DNA of 64,000 nucleotides from Saprospiraceae bacterium (GCA_015490715.1 WFXH01000106.1:2177-66176); one strand, 5' to 3'. Positions 42,503-53,285 are shown, counted from the first letter of the stretch. Made by a program: numbers and translations. The notes: generated by a model not told the origin, from the letters alone.

Positions 42503-43315
42503 ATGCGAATCTTGATCATTGGTGGGGGCAATATGGGTTCGGTCTACGCGGAGAGCTTTTTAAAATCGCACATCGTAGAGCCTTCGAAATTGATGATTTT
42601 AGAGAAGTCGCCCCAAAAGGCGGAGGCATTGCGGGAGCGCAAGCTCGGGTCGGTATTTTTACGGCCGGAGGAGTGCTTGCCGCATTCGGATCTGGTGGTA
42701 TTGGCGGTCAAGCCGCAGGATACGGGTGAGCTCTTTCGCCAGATTGGGGACATGACGGATACCTCGCAGGTGGTGTTGTCCATCATGGCGGGTGTGAAGA
42801 TGCGCACGATTGCCGATGCGCTAAAGGTGGATAAAATAGTGCGGGCCATGCCCAACCTGCCGGCTAAAGTGGGGCGTGGCATGACGGTGTTTACGGCTGC
42901 CGAGGCGGTCACGCGCATCGAGCTGGCCATGGTGCAAAACCTCATCAACACCACGGGCAAGAGCTTGTACGTCCAGGAGGAATCCATGTTGGATGCGGCG
43001 ACGGCCATCAGTGGAAGTGGCCCGGCGTATGTGTGGTATTTCATGGATGCCCTCGTCGAAGCGGCACAGAATATGGGCTTTAACAAATCGGAGGCTGAGT
43101 TATTGGTGAGCCAGACCTTTTTAGGGGCTATTCAGCTCTATCAGGCGTCGGATTTAGACCTCACGGAGTGGATCCAACGCGTGTGTTCGCGAGGAGGCAC
43201 CACGGAAGCGGCCTTAGCCGATATGGATGCCCATCGCGTGCGCGCATTGTTGTGCTCAGGAGCAGATGCAGCTCTCAAGCGCGCTAAAGAGTTGGGCGAT
43301 GGAAAAGCATCGTGA
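42503..43315 (+). CDS. proC: Pyrroline-5-carboxylate reductase
   Basis: IIGGGNMG, LAVKPQ, SIMAG, VRAMPN, ATAISGSGPAY, V.SRGGTT. TATCTTTG box at 42457-42464. Confidence 0.95.
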   Translation: MRILIIGGGNMGSVYAESFLKSHIVEPSKLMILEKSPQKAEALRERKLGSVFLRPEECLPHSDLVVLAVKPQDTGELFRQIGDMTDTSQVVLSIMAGVKMRTIADALKVDKIVRAMPNLPAKVGRGMTVFTAAEAVTRIELAMVQNLINTTGKSLYVQEESMLDAATAISGSGPAYVWYFMDALVEAAQNMGFNKSEAELLVSQTFLGAIQLYQASDLDLTEWIQRVCSRGGTTEAALADMDAHRVRALLCSGADAALKRAKELGDGKAS

Positions 43316-44297
43316 GCAAGAGCCTCCTGTGGTACTGGTAGCCACTGAGGTCCATAATGTCCTCATCGAAGGCTTAAGAGAGTTGGGGTATACGGTGATC
43401 TATCGGCCCTTGTGTGATGCGCATGAGCTTCTGCAGTGGCTTCCGAAGGTAGAAGGGCTCATAGTGGGTTCTGCTTCGGCCCTATCGTGTGCGCTTTTGA
43501 AGCGTGCGGCTCGGCTGCGCTTTATCGGCCGGCCGGGATCGGGCCTGGATCACGTCGATACGGCTTGTGCCGAGGTGCTCGGCATACGTCTTTTTCGTTC
43601 GCCCGAAGGCAATGCAGATGCGGTAGCTGAACACGTCGTGATGGCTCTCCTTGCCTTTGAGAGACAGTTGTTGAAGGCCGACCGCAGCATGCGACAGCAC
43701 CAATGGTTACGACGGCAATTGCGCGGCGTTGAGCTCACCGGTAAGTGCCTGGGCATCATCGGCTGTGGCCATACAGGGGGAGCACTTGCCCAAAAACTCA
43801 GCACATGGGGTATGCAAATACTTGTCTACGATAAGTACAAGACGGCTGTGGAGATGAAGCATCGACTCCCACATATTGAGGTCTGTGATCTCGAAGCGGT
43901 GTTAAAGCGATCGGATTACCTCAGCATCCACGTTCCGCTCACCGAGGAGACGCGACACATGGTCGATAGGGATTTTCTTCGCCGTATGAAACGCGGAAGT
44001 GTCTTGATCAACACCTCTCGTGGAGGAGTATTGGATCTCTCTGCTCTGGTGGAGGCCATGGAGAGCGGTCAACTTCGTGGAGCGTGTGTGGATGTTTTTG
44101 AAGAGGAAAATTGGGATAAGACAAAAGTGTCCGCAGATTTTAAGAGTGCCTACGAACGCCTTGCTTCCCTACCCAATACCATCTTGACGCCCCATATAGC
44201 TGGGCTCACCAACGAATCCCTCTACAAATGCAGTCTATCTTTAATGGAGAAAATTGCTCTATGGAGAAAACAGATGGAAGGCAGAAAGGATGAGTAA
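43299..44297 (+). CDS. D-isomer-specific 2-hydroxyacid dehydrogenase (SerA-like, no ACT domain)
   Basis: GSGLDHVD, EGNADAVAEH, GIIGCGHTG, HVPLT, INTSRG, LTPHIAG. Confidence 0.88.
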   Translation: MEKHREQEPPVVLVATEVHNVLIEGLRELGYTVIYRPLCDAHELLQWLPKVEGLIVGSASALSCALLKRAARLRFIGRPGSGLDHVDTACAEVLGIRLFRSPEGNADAVAEHVVMALLAFERQLLKADRSMRQHQWLRRQLRGVELTGKCLGIIGCGHTGGALAQKLSTWGMQILVYDKYKTAVEMKHRLPHIEVCDLEAVLKRSDYLSIHVPLTEETRHMVDRDFLRRMKRGSVLINTSRGGVLDLSALVEAMESGQLRGACVDVFEEENWDKTKVSADFKSAYERLASLPNTILTPHIAGLTNESLYKCSLSLMEKIALWRKQMEGRKDE

Positions 44298-44366
44298 AGA
44301 ATTTTATAACTTTGGTGCTTTGAAGTACAGTTGGTAAAGGGAGTGAAAACAAAATACATCGATAGG

Positions 44367-47300
44367 ATGAAGAAGTTACTTGGCATTGCGAGTGCGTGTC
44401 TGCTGCTTATGGGCTATGCACGGTCACAGACGGTGCTTCAAGGGAAGGTAGTGGACTATGAGACGGGAGAGCCGTTGATAGCGGCCAATGTCGCTGTATA
44501 CTCCGACGGCTTGCTTGTGGCGGGTGATGTGACGGACTATGAGGGAAGTTTTCGCATTCCCGTTGATCCGGGCACGTACGAGGTAGAGGCATCGTATCTG
44601 GGTTATCAGACGATGCGGCTGACGGATATCGTGATGGTATCGGGGAAAATTCTCGTGCTGGATTTTAAGCTCAAGCGGGAGGGCGTAGTGCTCAAGGCTG
44701 TAGAGGTCAAGAGCAATAAGCCGCCCATTATCGACAAGGGCAATACGACGACGGGTCGTACGCTCACGGCAGAGACTATTCAAAATCTACCCTCACGCGG
44801 TGTCAACACCATCGTGACGCTTACGGCTGGAGCAACCTCTCAAGATGGAGGGAGCATCAACATCAAGGGAAGCCGAAGTGCGCAGACGGTGTACTATCTT
44901 GACGACATTCGGGTAACCTCTGCCAGCATGATTCCCAGTACAGAGATTGACCAATTGCAGGTGTTGACGGGAGGTATTGGGGCCGAATACGGAGATTTAA
45001 CGGGTGGAGTCATTGCGGTCACTTCGAAGGGGCCTCGAGGTAAGTTTAAAGGAGGCCTTGAGCTGGAGACTTCGCAGTTTCTCGATCCCTACGGCTACAA
45101 TTTGGCCAATATGTACGTCACTGGGCCGATATTGAAACGCGGCACCCGACCATTGCTGGGTTTCCGTGCTTTTGGTCAGTTTTTGTACCGCAAGGAGAGC
45201 GATCCACCAGCTGGAGGCATCTACGCAGCTACCGAAGAGACGATCAATGACCTATCGGTCAATCCGCTGATTAGGAAAGGGGGTATTTTGCTTCCGCGCG
45301 GTGAATTTCTCTCCTTAGGTAATGGCGTCGAACTCCGAAAGACGCGCCCCAACCAACCGCGTACCGATGTGGATTTAGGGGGGAAGTTATTCTACTACAT
45401 CAACGATGCCATGGATCTGACCGTGTCGGGGACGTACTCCAATGTGCACACGCGGTTTGTACCGCGCACATTCAATGGCGACAGTCGTTACAACTACTAT
45501 AGAGGTGCTGGCCCCTGGTATTTTTTCAATTGGCCGTACAATCCCGAGTTTATCCGCAACAACTACACCTTAAACATGCGCTTTCGCCATCGCCTGGGTG
45601 CCAAGTCGTCGATTGCACCTCCCAGCGGTGGGGAGAAGAAGAAAAAGCCCAACACCTCACTGATCAGCAATGCTTCGTATACGATCCATTTGGGCTATGA
45701 GCAGCAAAACTCAGTCGAACAAGATGCGCGACACAAGGATAAGCTCTTCAATTACGGATATGTCGGCAAGTTTGACCGTCGATGGGATACACTCGTACTC
45801 GGTGGGCTTCACATCGGATATCAAGAGCGTCTGGTATCGTACGAGCCTGCCGGCATCAATCCCATTCTTGAGTCGTACAACCAGTACATCGATCGCAAGC
45901 CCAATTTGTACTTTGAGTACAATGCGTACAACGGAGAGATTACGCCCCTGTACACTACGGTGTGGAACGTCTTCAGCAATGTCACTGGTGTGTACAATAG
46001 GTATCAAAAGAGAAAATTTGAGCGCTATACGGGTAAGGTGAAGGTGCAGTTTGACATCATTCCCTTTGGCATATCGCGCGGTGTGCACAACATCGTCGTA
46101 GGAGGTCAGTTTGAGCAGAGGGTGCATCGACTCTGGTCGGCCACTCCCATGGAGCTATGGAGAGCTGCGCGCATCTTAGCCAACCAGCACATCGGCTCGC
46201 TGGATACGCTCCACATCGTGGCTGAAAAGGATGGGGTGCCCATCTACGGCCTTCAGATTGAAGACGATCCCACCGACGTATTTGCCCGCGAAGTGCGCAA
46301 GCTGATGTTCCCCAACGAGCCGCTCATTGGGGAGGATAAAAACGGCACGATGTATCGGTATGTCAATACGGATATCCTATCGCCGGACGATTTGAGCTTG
46401 AGCATGTTTTCGCCGCGTGAGCTCTCCGACTTGCGCGTGTTGTACTTTTACGGTTACGACCACTTGGGCAACGAAACGCCCCTCAATGCGACGTTTGAAG
46501 ATTTCTTTAAGCGCGACGAAAACGGCGTACAGACCTTCACTGTAGCCCCATACAAGCCCATCTATGGGGCATTTTTCCTTCAGGATCGCTTCAACATCGG
46601 AGATATCATCTTCCGTTTTGGAGTGCGTGTGGATTATTTCGATGCCAATCAGAAGGTGTTGAAGGACAAGTATTCGCTGTATCCCATCATGACGGCGGCG
46701 GATTTTCACAGCGATCCGCAAAACGGGCCAAAGCCGCCCAACGTTGGCGACGATTTCAAGGTATATCTGGCCAAACCTGAGTCGAATGTCGTCTTGGGGT
46801 ATCGCGATGGCGATACGTGGTACGATGCCGAGGGTCGTCAGCTCAATAGCGGTAGAGAGCTATTCGGCGAAGGGGGATTGGTCCTGCCGGCCTTTTTGAA
46901 AGAGGATACGTTTTACAAGCTCGAAAGTCCCGCTTTCAATCCGGATTTAGCCTTCAAGGATTACGATCCCCAGGTCAATGTGATGCCGCGCCTGGGCTTT
47001 TCCTTCCCCATCTCCGATGAGGCCAATTTCTTTGCGCATTACGACGTGCTGGTGTCCAGGCCTTACACGGGAAACATCGCAACTGCTTATGATTACTTTT
47101 ATTTCACGGATCCCAACCGCACACCGGTCAATAATCCGGATCTCAAACCCGAAAAGATGATCGACTACGAGGTCGGATTTCAGCAAAAGATCACCGATAA
47201 CTCCGCCATTAAATTGTCGATGTACTATCGCGAATTCCGCAATCAAATTCAATTGCGCAATCTTCTCTTTACAGCTCCCGAGCCCATTAGTTCGTACATT

Positions 47301-48032
47301 CTATTTGACAACATCGACTTTGGTACGAGTAAGGGATTGACGGTCGAATACGAGTTGCGCCGTACGGGCAATGTGCAGATGCTCGTTTCCTATACTCTGG
47401 GCTTTGCAGAAGGCACGGGCTCGGATGAGGTTTCGCAGCGGCAGTTTATCAGCAGGGGCTTCAACATTCGCACCCTGTCGCCGCTCACCTTTGATGAGCG
47501 CCATCGGCTGGTGATGAACATCGATTACCGCTACGGCAGCGGCAAGCAGTACACGGGGCCGGAGCTCTATGGCATGCCGATATTCGAAAATACGGGTCTA
47601 AACATCCAGTTTACAGCAGCCAGTGGCCGTCCTTACACGAAGGCAAAGTTTCCCGGTCGCTTTGGAGGACGCGGCGTAGCGGGCCAAATCAATGGCGCGC
47701 GTCTACCTGCAAACTACACCGTCGACGCTAAGCTGGACCGACGTTTTACCTTCACTCTTGGAGGAAAGAAAAAGATCAACATGTATGCCTACCTGAGGGT
47801 CAATAATCTGTTTGATACGCGCAATATTCTCAGAGTGTATTCCTTTACGGGATCGCCCAAGAGCGACGGGTATTTTACGTCGGTAGAGGGACAAAATTCA
47901 CTGGCTCAGCTGCAACAATCGCGTCCTGAAGATGTGCAGTACTTCATCGAGATGTACAAGTTTCGCCTGCACAATCCGAACTTTTACTCTTTGCCGAGGC
48001 GTATACGCTTGGGCTTTTCCTTCTCATTTTAA
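44367..48032 (+). CDS. TonB-dependent-receptor-like outer-membrane protein with N-terminal carboxypeptidase-regulatory-like domain (Oar-like)
   Basis: Signal peptide, GKVVD.ETGEPL, plug motifs INIKGSR and VLTGGIGAEYGD..GGVI, NNPDLKPEK, C-terminal PRRIRLGFSFSF. TAACTTTG box at 44307-44314. Confidence 0.88.
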   Translation: MKKLLGIASACLLLMGYARSQTVLQGKVVDYETGEPLIAANVAVYSDGLLVAGDVTDYEGSFRIPVDPGTYEVEASYLGYQTMRLTDIVMVSGKILVLDFKLKREGVVLKAVEVKSNKPPIIDKGNTTTGRTLTAETIQNLPSRGVNTIVTLTAGATSQDGGSINIKGSRSAQTVYYLDDIRVTSASMIPSTEIDQLQVLTGGIGAEYGDLTGGVIAVTSKGPRGKFKGGLELETSQFLDPYGYNLANMYVTGPILKRGTRPLLGFRAFGQFLYRKESDPPAGGIYAATEETINDLSVNPLIRKGGILLPRGEFLSLGNGVELRKTRPNQPRTDVDLGGKLFYYINDAMDLTVSGTYSNVHTRFVPRTFNGDSRYNYYRGAGPWYFFNWPYNPEFIRNNYTLNMRFRHRLGAKSSIAPPSGGEKKKKPNTSLISNASYTIHLGYEQQNSVEQDARHKDKLFNYGYVGKFDRRWDTLVLGGLHIGYQERLVSYEPAGINPILESYNQYIDRKPNLYFEYNAYNGEITPLYTTVWNVFSNVTGVYNRYQKRKFERYTGKVKVQFDIIPFGISRGVHNIVVGGQFEQRVHRLWSATPMELWRAARILANQHIGSLDTLHIVAEKDGVPIYGLQIEDDPTDVFAREVRKLMFPNEPLIGEDKNGTMYRYVNTDILSPDDLSLSMFSPRELSDLRVLYFYGYDHLGNETPLNATFEDFFKRDENGVQTFTVAPYKPIYGAFFLQDRFNIGDIIFRFGVRVDYFDANQKVLKDKYSLYPIMTAADFHSDPQNGPKPPNVGDDFKVYLAKPESNVVLGYRDGDTWYDAEGRQLNSGRELFGEGGLVLPAFLKEDTFYKLESPAFNPDLAFKDYDPQVNVMPRLGFSFPISDEANFFAHYDVLVSRPYTGNIATAYDYFYFTDPNRTPVNNPDLKPEKMIDYEVGFQQKITDNSAIKLSMYYREFRNQIQLRNLLFTAPEPISSYILFDNIDFGTSKGLTVEYELRRTGNVQMLVSYTLGFAEGTGSDEVSQRQFISRGFNIRTLSPLTFDERHRLVMNIDYRYGSGKQYTGPELYGMPIFENTGLNIQFTAASGRPYTKAKFPGRFGGRGVAGQINGARLPANYTVDAKLDRRFTFTLGGKKKINMYAYLRVNNLFDTRNILRVYSFTGSPKSDGYFTSVEGQNSLAQLQQSRPEDVQYFIEMYKFRLHNPNFYSLPRRIRLGFSFSF

Positions 48033-48046
48033 TTAAATGCATTGGT

Positions 48047-51000
48047 ATGATGAAAAGGTTTCAAACGAATAAAAGGCAGAGCAATATGAACATGCTGCGG
48101 TATTTACTCCTTGTCGGGGTGTTTTTGGGACTATGGACTCCTGCGGAGGCCTATATCGTCCCCGGCAAGAAGAAAAAACGCGTGAGCAAAGTAGAGCTGA
48201 GGGAAAAGTGCAAACCACCAGAAGCTTTTGCGGATCTGAGTATCAACAATGTCCGCGCCCGACTGCTTACGGGCGGTGATTTGTGGTGGGACGGAGACGG
48301 CAAAGCGCGTTATGTCGTGCCCAAAGTCGATCCCACCTCGGGAGAGCCGGAAGTGTCCAGTCTCTTTGCAGGCTCGGTATGGATCGGTGGTTTTCAGGGT
48401 GGGAACTTAAAGGCTACAGCGCTCGACTATCGCACACAAGGATTTTCATGGTTTCCCGGTCCTCTTGACGACAGTACAGGGACGACCGATAGAGAGATTT
48501 GCGAGCGCTGGGACCGATTTTTTGAAGTGCTCGGCAAAGAGGTACGGGCTCATATCTCCAATTACAACAAGCGCAAGGAAGAAGGGACGTTGCCCATACC
48601 CGAAGATGAAATTCCCGATGGAGTAAAGTACTGGCCAGCCAAGGGCAATCGCTTTTTTGAAGAGCGATACCTCTTCCCCATCCCCGAGGGCAAACAGGGC
48701 TTTGGAACCTTTGCCGACGTCAATGGTAACTTCATCTATGACCCAGAATACGGCGACTTTCCCACCATCGAAATACGCGGTTGTGCGCTTTCACAAGAGC
48801 AAGTGCCCGACCAAATGTTCTTCTATGTCTACAACGACAAGGGGGCGGAGAGCACGCGCTTTGAGGGAGCCGTGGCCATGCAAATGGAGGTACAAGTGCA
48901 GGCCTTTGCCTATCAGACATCCGATGAGGTCAACGATATGACCTTTTATCGACACAAACTCATCAACCGGGCTACGCAGCGCATCGACAGTACCTACTTC
49001 GCCATGTGGGTCGATCCCGACTTAGGATGTTATGTTGACGACTACATCGGTTGTGATACCACAGGAGAAGTTGTGCTCGATACGGCTGGGAACTTTTTGG
49101 GATACCGCAGCCGAGACTTGATGTTTATCTACAACTCCGATGAGGTCGATGGCAATGTCGGCCCGGAATGCGATCAAGGGGTGCCCACTTATGGTACGAA
49201 CATCCCTATTTTGGGCGTGGACTACTTCCGCGGGCCGAAGGAGTTTTTCTTCGACTCCTTGGGCAATCCCCTCGATACCTTCGTAGAGCTCGGCATGTCG
49301 TCGTTTATGTATTACATCAACACGGGGAGCTCGCCCACGCCTATTCCTCCTATGACCGATCCCGATAAGATTACGGAAGTGTACAACTATATGACGGGGC
49401 GGTGGAAGGACGGCACGCGGCTTACCCTTGGCGGTACGGGCTATGACCCGCAGAGCACAAGGTATACGCGCTATGCTTTTCCCGGCTGGCCCAACGACCC
49501 CAATGGTTGGAGCATGTGTCAGGAGGGAACACCACCGGGTGATTTCCGCACAATACAAGCCTCAGGACCATTTATCTTGCTCCCAGGTGTGAAAAACGAG
49601 CTCATCATCGGCGTGGTATGGGTAGCTGATCAGGATTATCCCTGTCCTTCGTTGGATGAGCTCATTGCTGCAGATGAAAAGGCGCAGGACCTCTTTGACA
49701 ACTGCTTTGACATCACGGATGGACCGTCAGCGCCCAACGTTGACATTATCGAACTGGATCGCGAGCTCATCCTCGTATTGACGAATGATGACCCTACCCT
49801 CAATAACTACAAAGAGCAGTACAAAGAGCGGATCTTAGGCGCACCTCCCCAGATGAAAGATCCGTTTTACTATTTCGAGGGGTATCGCATCTACCAGGTA
49901 GCAGGGCCCAACGTCACGCGTGCAGAGCTCAACGATCCGGAAAAAGCTCGCGAAATAGCCACCTTTGACATCAAAAATGGTGTGAAAAAAATCTACAACT
50001 GGAAAGCCATTCCCAATCCCAACAAGCCCAGCGAACTCGTCTGGGTGCCTGAGCTCAAAGTCGAAGGCCTGGACAACGGCATACGCCATACGCTGCGCGT
50101 CACGGAAGACGCCTTTGCAGAATCAGGAGCCAAGCGGCTCATCAATCACAAGCCCTATTACTTCCTCGTCATTGCCTATGCCCAAAATAATGAGCTTCCT
50201 TTTGATCCAGATAGCCCCCTCACCACCTTTGAAACACCGTATATTGAGGGGCGTCTCAATGTGGGAGACGAAAACGGATTCCCCTACAAGGGTGTGCCGC
50301 GACCCATCATCTATCAAAAGCTCAATGCCGACTACGGCGATGGGCCGAAGATTGAAGCCTACGACGGTACGGGCGTCAACGGGCAGTTTTTGCGAATCGA
50401 TCAAGCCACAGAAGAAAAAATACTCAACGGCACCTTTGACGGCATCATCGGCTATGAAAAGGGTGCAGGCCCCATTCAAGTGCAGATTTACGATCCCCTC
50501 CGATGTAAAGATGGCGTGTTCTGGCTGTATTTTTACGACAGCAACAATCAAGATGCTGTCTTAGACAGCGATGCCAATTGGTATATGGTCTCGGAAGATG
50601 GTGACACCATCTTTTCCGAACGCACCATCGAACGACTCAATGAGCAAATCATCAAGAAATACGGTTTTGCCGTATCCATAGCGCAGACGAAAGAGCCCGG
50701 CTATTCGAAGGAGGACAACAACGGCTTTATCGGAGTAGAATACGAATATGCGCAAAACAAGCAGCAGCCGTGGCTCTTTACCGTGCCCAATGGATTCATC
50801 TACTTGTTTGAATTTCGCGGATTGAATCTCCAATTGCGCGCCTTCGATTTCATACAGAGAAACAACGAAAATATTACTAAAGTAGATCCCGCTGGAGCCT
50901 TTGCTTCGGCCTTTGGCCAGGGGTTTGTCCCCTACATCCTATGTGATCCAGAAACTTCGACAGGTTTAAGCGTCATTTCGCCAGCGTGGAGACACCCCAC

Positions 51001-52183
51001 TTCAGAAAACCACCAGAGCAGTCTCATAAGGAGTAGCAAGGCGTTTGACAACCTCAATAATGTCGACATCGTGCTGACGCCCGATAAATCGAAGTGGTCG
51101 CGCTGTATTATCGTCGAGACGACCACCAGGCCGATGGTTGAGTTTACAGGGCTTCAGACGGTGGGCCGTGCGGTAGAGTTTCAGCTCCGGCAAGATCCCT
51201 CTGTGTCGAAGGATGCCGACGAAAACGGTATGCCCATTCCGGACAATAGCGGAACAGTCGGTATGGGATGGTTTCCGGGCTATGCGATCGATGTGGAGAC
51301 AGGGCAGCGGCTCAACATTTTCTTTGGAGAGGCATCGATCTACAACAATGAAAATTTCTCGGATTTCCTGGATACCATCAAGCCGCAGGATGGGCTCTTA
51401 CGCGGTGCCGATATGATGTTTAATCCGACCGATGAAATGATCTTTCCCGAGTTGCTGTTTGACTTCTTATTGCCGCCGGCTGTGTCGTTTTACGCTGGTG
51501 GTCAGCACAAGATTTACGTGACGAATACGCCGTATGATTCGTGTAAGAGCTTAGTGCGATATTTTGAGCGAAGTCACAACCGCAACATCAAAAGGGGTGT
51601 TGCGAAGATCACCTGGGCTGCGATTGCTACGCTGCAGCCGGGACAGAAGATGCTTTCCTACGCCGAGGGATTGGTACCCGATGAGGTGCGCATACGTTTG
51701 CGCGTCAACAATCCGTATGCCGTGTACAGCCTGACGGGCCAAAACAACGGCCACAACATGTATAAAATCACTTTCGAAGGGGTGCAGGCGCGTCCCATCG
51801 AGGAAGGCGAAGTGCCTGAAGCCCTTAAGGAGGTGCGCGTCGTGCCCAATCCCTATTACGGCCAGTCGGATTATGAGGGCAATCCGCTGGAAAACATCGT
51901 GAAAATCACCAATTTGCCCGAGCGATCGACGGTGACCATCTATTCACTCGATGGGCGCTTCATCCGACAGTATAAGCGCAACTTCCCCAAACCGCCACAG
52001 GGTGCCGTGGTGGGCGACAAGCAGTTTACGCCGGACCTCGTCTGGGATCTGAAAAACGACAAAAACATTCCGATATCGAGTGGCACGTATCTCATCCACA
52101 TTCGCGATGAAGATACGGGTCAGGAACGCATCATCAAGTGGTTTGGTATTATGCGTAAGTTTGATCCATCTACATTGCGTTAA
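48047..52183 (+). CDS. Large secreted protein with T9SS-like/FlgD-Ig-like C-terminal domain, function unknown
   Basis: Signal peptide, LSINNVRARL..GGDLWWD, FEGYRIY, C-terminal VRVVPNPYY..ITNLP....TIYSLDG..WDLKN....ISSGTYLIHI. Confidence 0.8.
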   Translation: MMKRFQTNKRQSNMNMLRYLLLVGVFLGLWTPAEAYIVPGKKKKRVSKVELREKCKPPEAFADLSINNVRARLLTGGDLWWDGDGKARYVVPKVDPTSGEPEVSSLFAGSVWIGGFQGGNLKATALDYRTQGFSWFPGPLDDSTGTTDREICERWDRFFEVLGKEVRAHISNYNKRKEEGTLPIPEDEIPDGVKYWPAKGNRFFEERYLFPIPEGKQGFGTFADVNGNFIYDPEYGDFPTIEIRGCALSQEQVPDQMFFYVYNDKGAESTRFEGAVAMQMEVQVQAFAYQTSDEVNDMTFYRHKLINRATQRIDSTYFAMWVDPDLGCYVDDYIGCDTTGEVVLDTAGNFLGYRSRDLMFIYNSDEVDGNVGPECDQGVPTYGTNIPILGVDYFRGPKEFFFDSLGNPLDTFVELGMSSFMYYINTGSSPTPIPPMTDPDKITEVYNYMTGRWKDGTRLTLGGTGYDPQSTRYTRYAFPGWPNDPNGWSMCQEGTPPGDFRTIQASGPFILLPGVKNELIIGVVWVADQDYPCPSLDELIAADEKAQDLFDNCFDITDGPSAPNVDIIELDRELILVLTNDDPTLNNYKEQYKERILGAPPQMKDPFYYFEGYRIYQVAGPNVTRAELNDPEKAREIATFDIKNGVKKIYNWKAIPNPNKPSELVWVPELKVEGLDNGIRHTLRVTEDAFAESGAKRLINHKPYYFLVIAYAQNNELPFDPDSPLTTFETPYIEGRLNVGDENGFPYKGVPRPIIYQKLNADYGDGPKIEAYDGTGVNGQFLRIDQATEEKILNGTFDGIIGYEKGAGPIQVQIYDPLRCKDGVFWLYFYDSNNQDAVLDSDANWYMVSEDGDTIFSERTIERLNEQIIKKYGFAVSIAQTKEPGYSKEDNNGFIGVEYEYAQNKQQPWLFTVPNGFIYLFEFRGLNLQLRAFDFIQRNNENITKVDPAGAFASAFGQGFVPYILCDPETSTGLSVISPAWRHPTSENHQSSLIRSSKAFDNLNNVDIVLTPDKSKWSRCIIVETTTRPMVEFTGLQTVGRAVEFQLRQDPSVSKDADENGMPIPDNSGTVGMGWFPGYAIDVETGQRLNIFFGEASIYNNENFSDFLDTIKPQDGLLRGADMMFNPTDEMIFPELLFDFLLPPAVSFYAGGQHKIYVTNTPYDSCKSLVRYFERSHNRNIKRGVAKITWAAIATLQPGQKMLSYAEGLVPDEVRIRLRVNNPYAVYSLTGQNNGHNMYKITFEGVQARPIEEGEVPEALKEVRVVPNPYYGQSDYEGNPLENIVKITNLPERSTVTIYSLDGRFIRQYKRNFPKPPQGAVVGDKQFTPDLVWDLKNDKNIPISSGTYLIHIRDEDTGQERIIKWFGIMRKFDPSTLR

Positions 52184-52196
52184 AAAAAGCAAGAAC

Positions 52197-53285
52197 ATGA
52201 GGAAATACTTGATCCTTTGGAGTTTTTGGTGGATGTTTTTTGGGGTAGGCACTCTACAAGCGGGCAATCCAGACCGACAGGGAGAGGCAGGAGCCTACGA
52301 GTTGCTCATGAATCCATGGGCGCGATCGGCAGGATGGCACAGCATGGCGGCAGCATTTATCAGCGGATACGAGGCCGAGCGCATCAATCCCGCCGGGATC
52401 GTCGGCTTAAACAAGCTGGAGTTGGCCTTTGGGAGTGGGCAGTATTTGGTGCCCAGTGGGGTGACAATGAGTAGCTTAGGTTTTGCCTATCGACTATCGT
52501 CGAGTGCTGCCTTTGGCATAAGCTTGATGAACGTCAACGTCGGAGAGATCGATCTGACCACTGTCACCTCGCCCGAAGGCACAGGCGCCACCTTTTCGCC
52601 CACTCTATTCAATTTAGGGTTGAGCTATGCCTACGAGTTTAAAGACGAGGAAAATCCCAATGCAGGTCGAATCCGAGTCGGTGGGCTGTTGCGTATCATC
52701 TACGAAGGCATTACCGATGCCGTGGCTTCAGGAGTTGGGCTCGATGCCGGCGTGCAATACATTTCGGGCAAACGGGATCAGTTTAAATTTGGTGTGAGCT
52801 TGCGCAATCTCGGCACAAAGATGCAGTATCGCGGTACAGGTCTGGGCGTCGTACTCGTGCCCGGCGACATCCGTACTGAAATACAAGCCGCCGGATTTGA
52901 TATCCCTTCCCTGCTGCACATCGGTGCATCTTATGACCTCTACTTTGGCAAACAGCTGCGAACGACTGTTGCGGGCAATTTTACGGCTAACTCTTACTCA
53001 AGAGACGAAATTGGTATCGGTGCCGAAGTGGCCTTCTTAGAGCGCTTTATGATCCGTGCGGCGTATAAATACGACAACCGCTTTGGCTTCGACCAATACC
53101 TCGACAAGGTCAACAATGCCTATACGGGTCTGAGTCTGGGAGCGAGTTTTATTCTCGATCTCTTCCACACGTACAACGATGACGGCACGGTGCGTTCGAC
53201 CACCAAACTCGCTGTCGATTATTCGTATCGACACAGCAGTCCCTTTGCGGGGACACATAATCTGACACTTGCCATCAAAATATAA
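52197..53285 (+). CDS. PorV/PorQ-family (FadL-like) outer-membrane beta-barrel
   Basis: Signal peptide, N-terminal ELLMNPWARSAG resembling the PorV L.I.P.AR..G motif, NPAG, GVSLRNLG. Start moved to 52197. Confidence 0.8.
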   Translation: MRKYLILWSFWWMFFGVGTLQAGNPDRQGEAGAYELLMNPWARSAGWHSMAAAFISGYEAERINPAGIVGLNKLELAFGSGQYLVPSGVTMSSLGFAYRLSSSAAFGISLMNVNVGEIDLTTVTSPEGTGATFSPTLFNLGLSYAYEFKDEENPNAGRIRVGGLLRIIYEGITDAVASGVGLDAGVQYISGKRDQFKFGVSLRNLGTKMQYRGTGLGVVLVPGDIRTEIQAAGFDIPSLLHIGASYDLYFGKQLRTTVAGNFTANSYSRDEIGIGAEVAFLERFMIRAAYKYDNRFGFDQYLDKVNNAYTGLSLGASFILDLFHTYNDDGTVRSTTKLAVDYSYRHSSPFAGTHNLTLAIKI

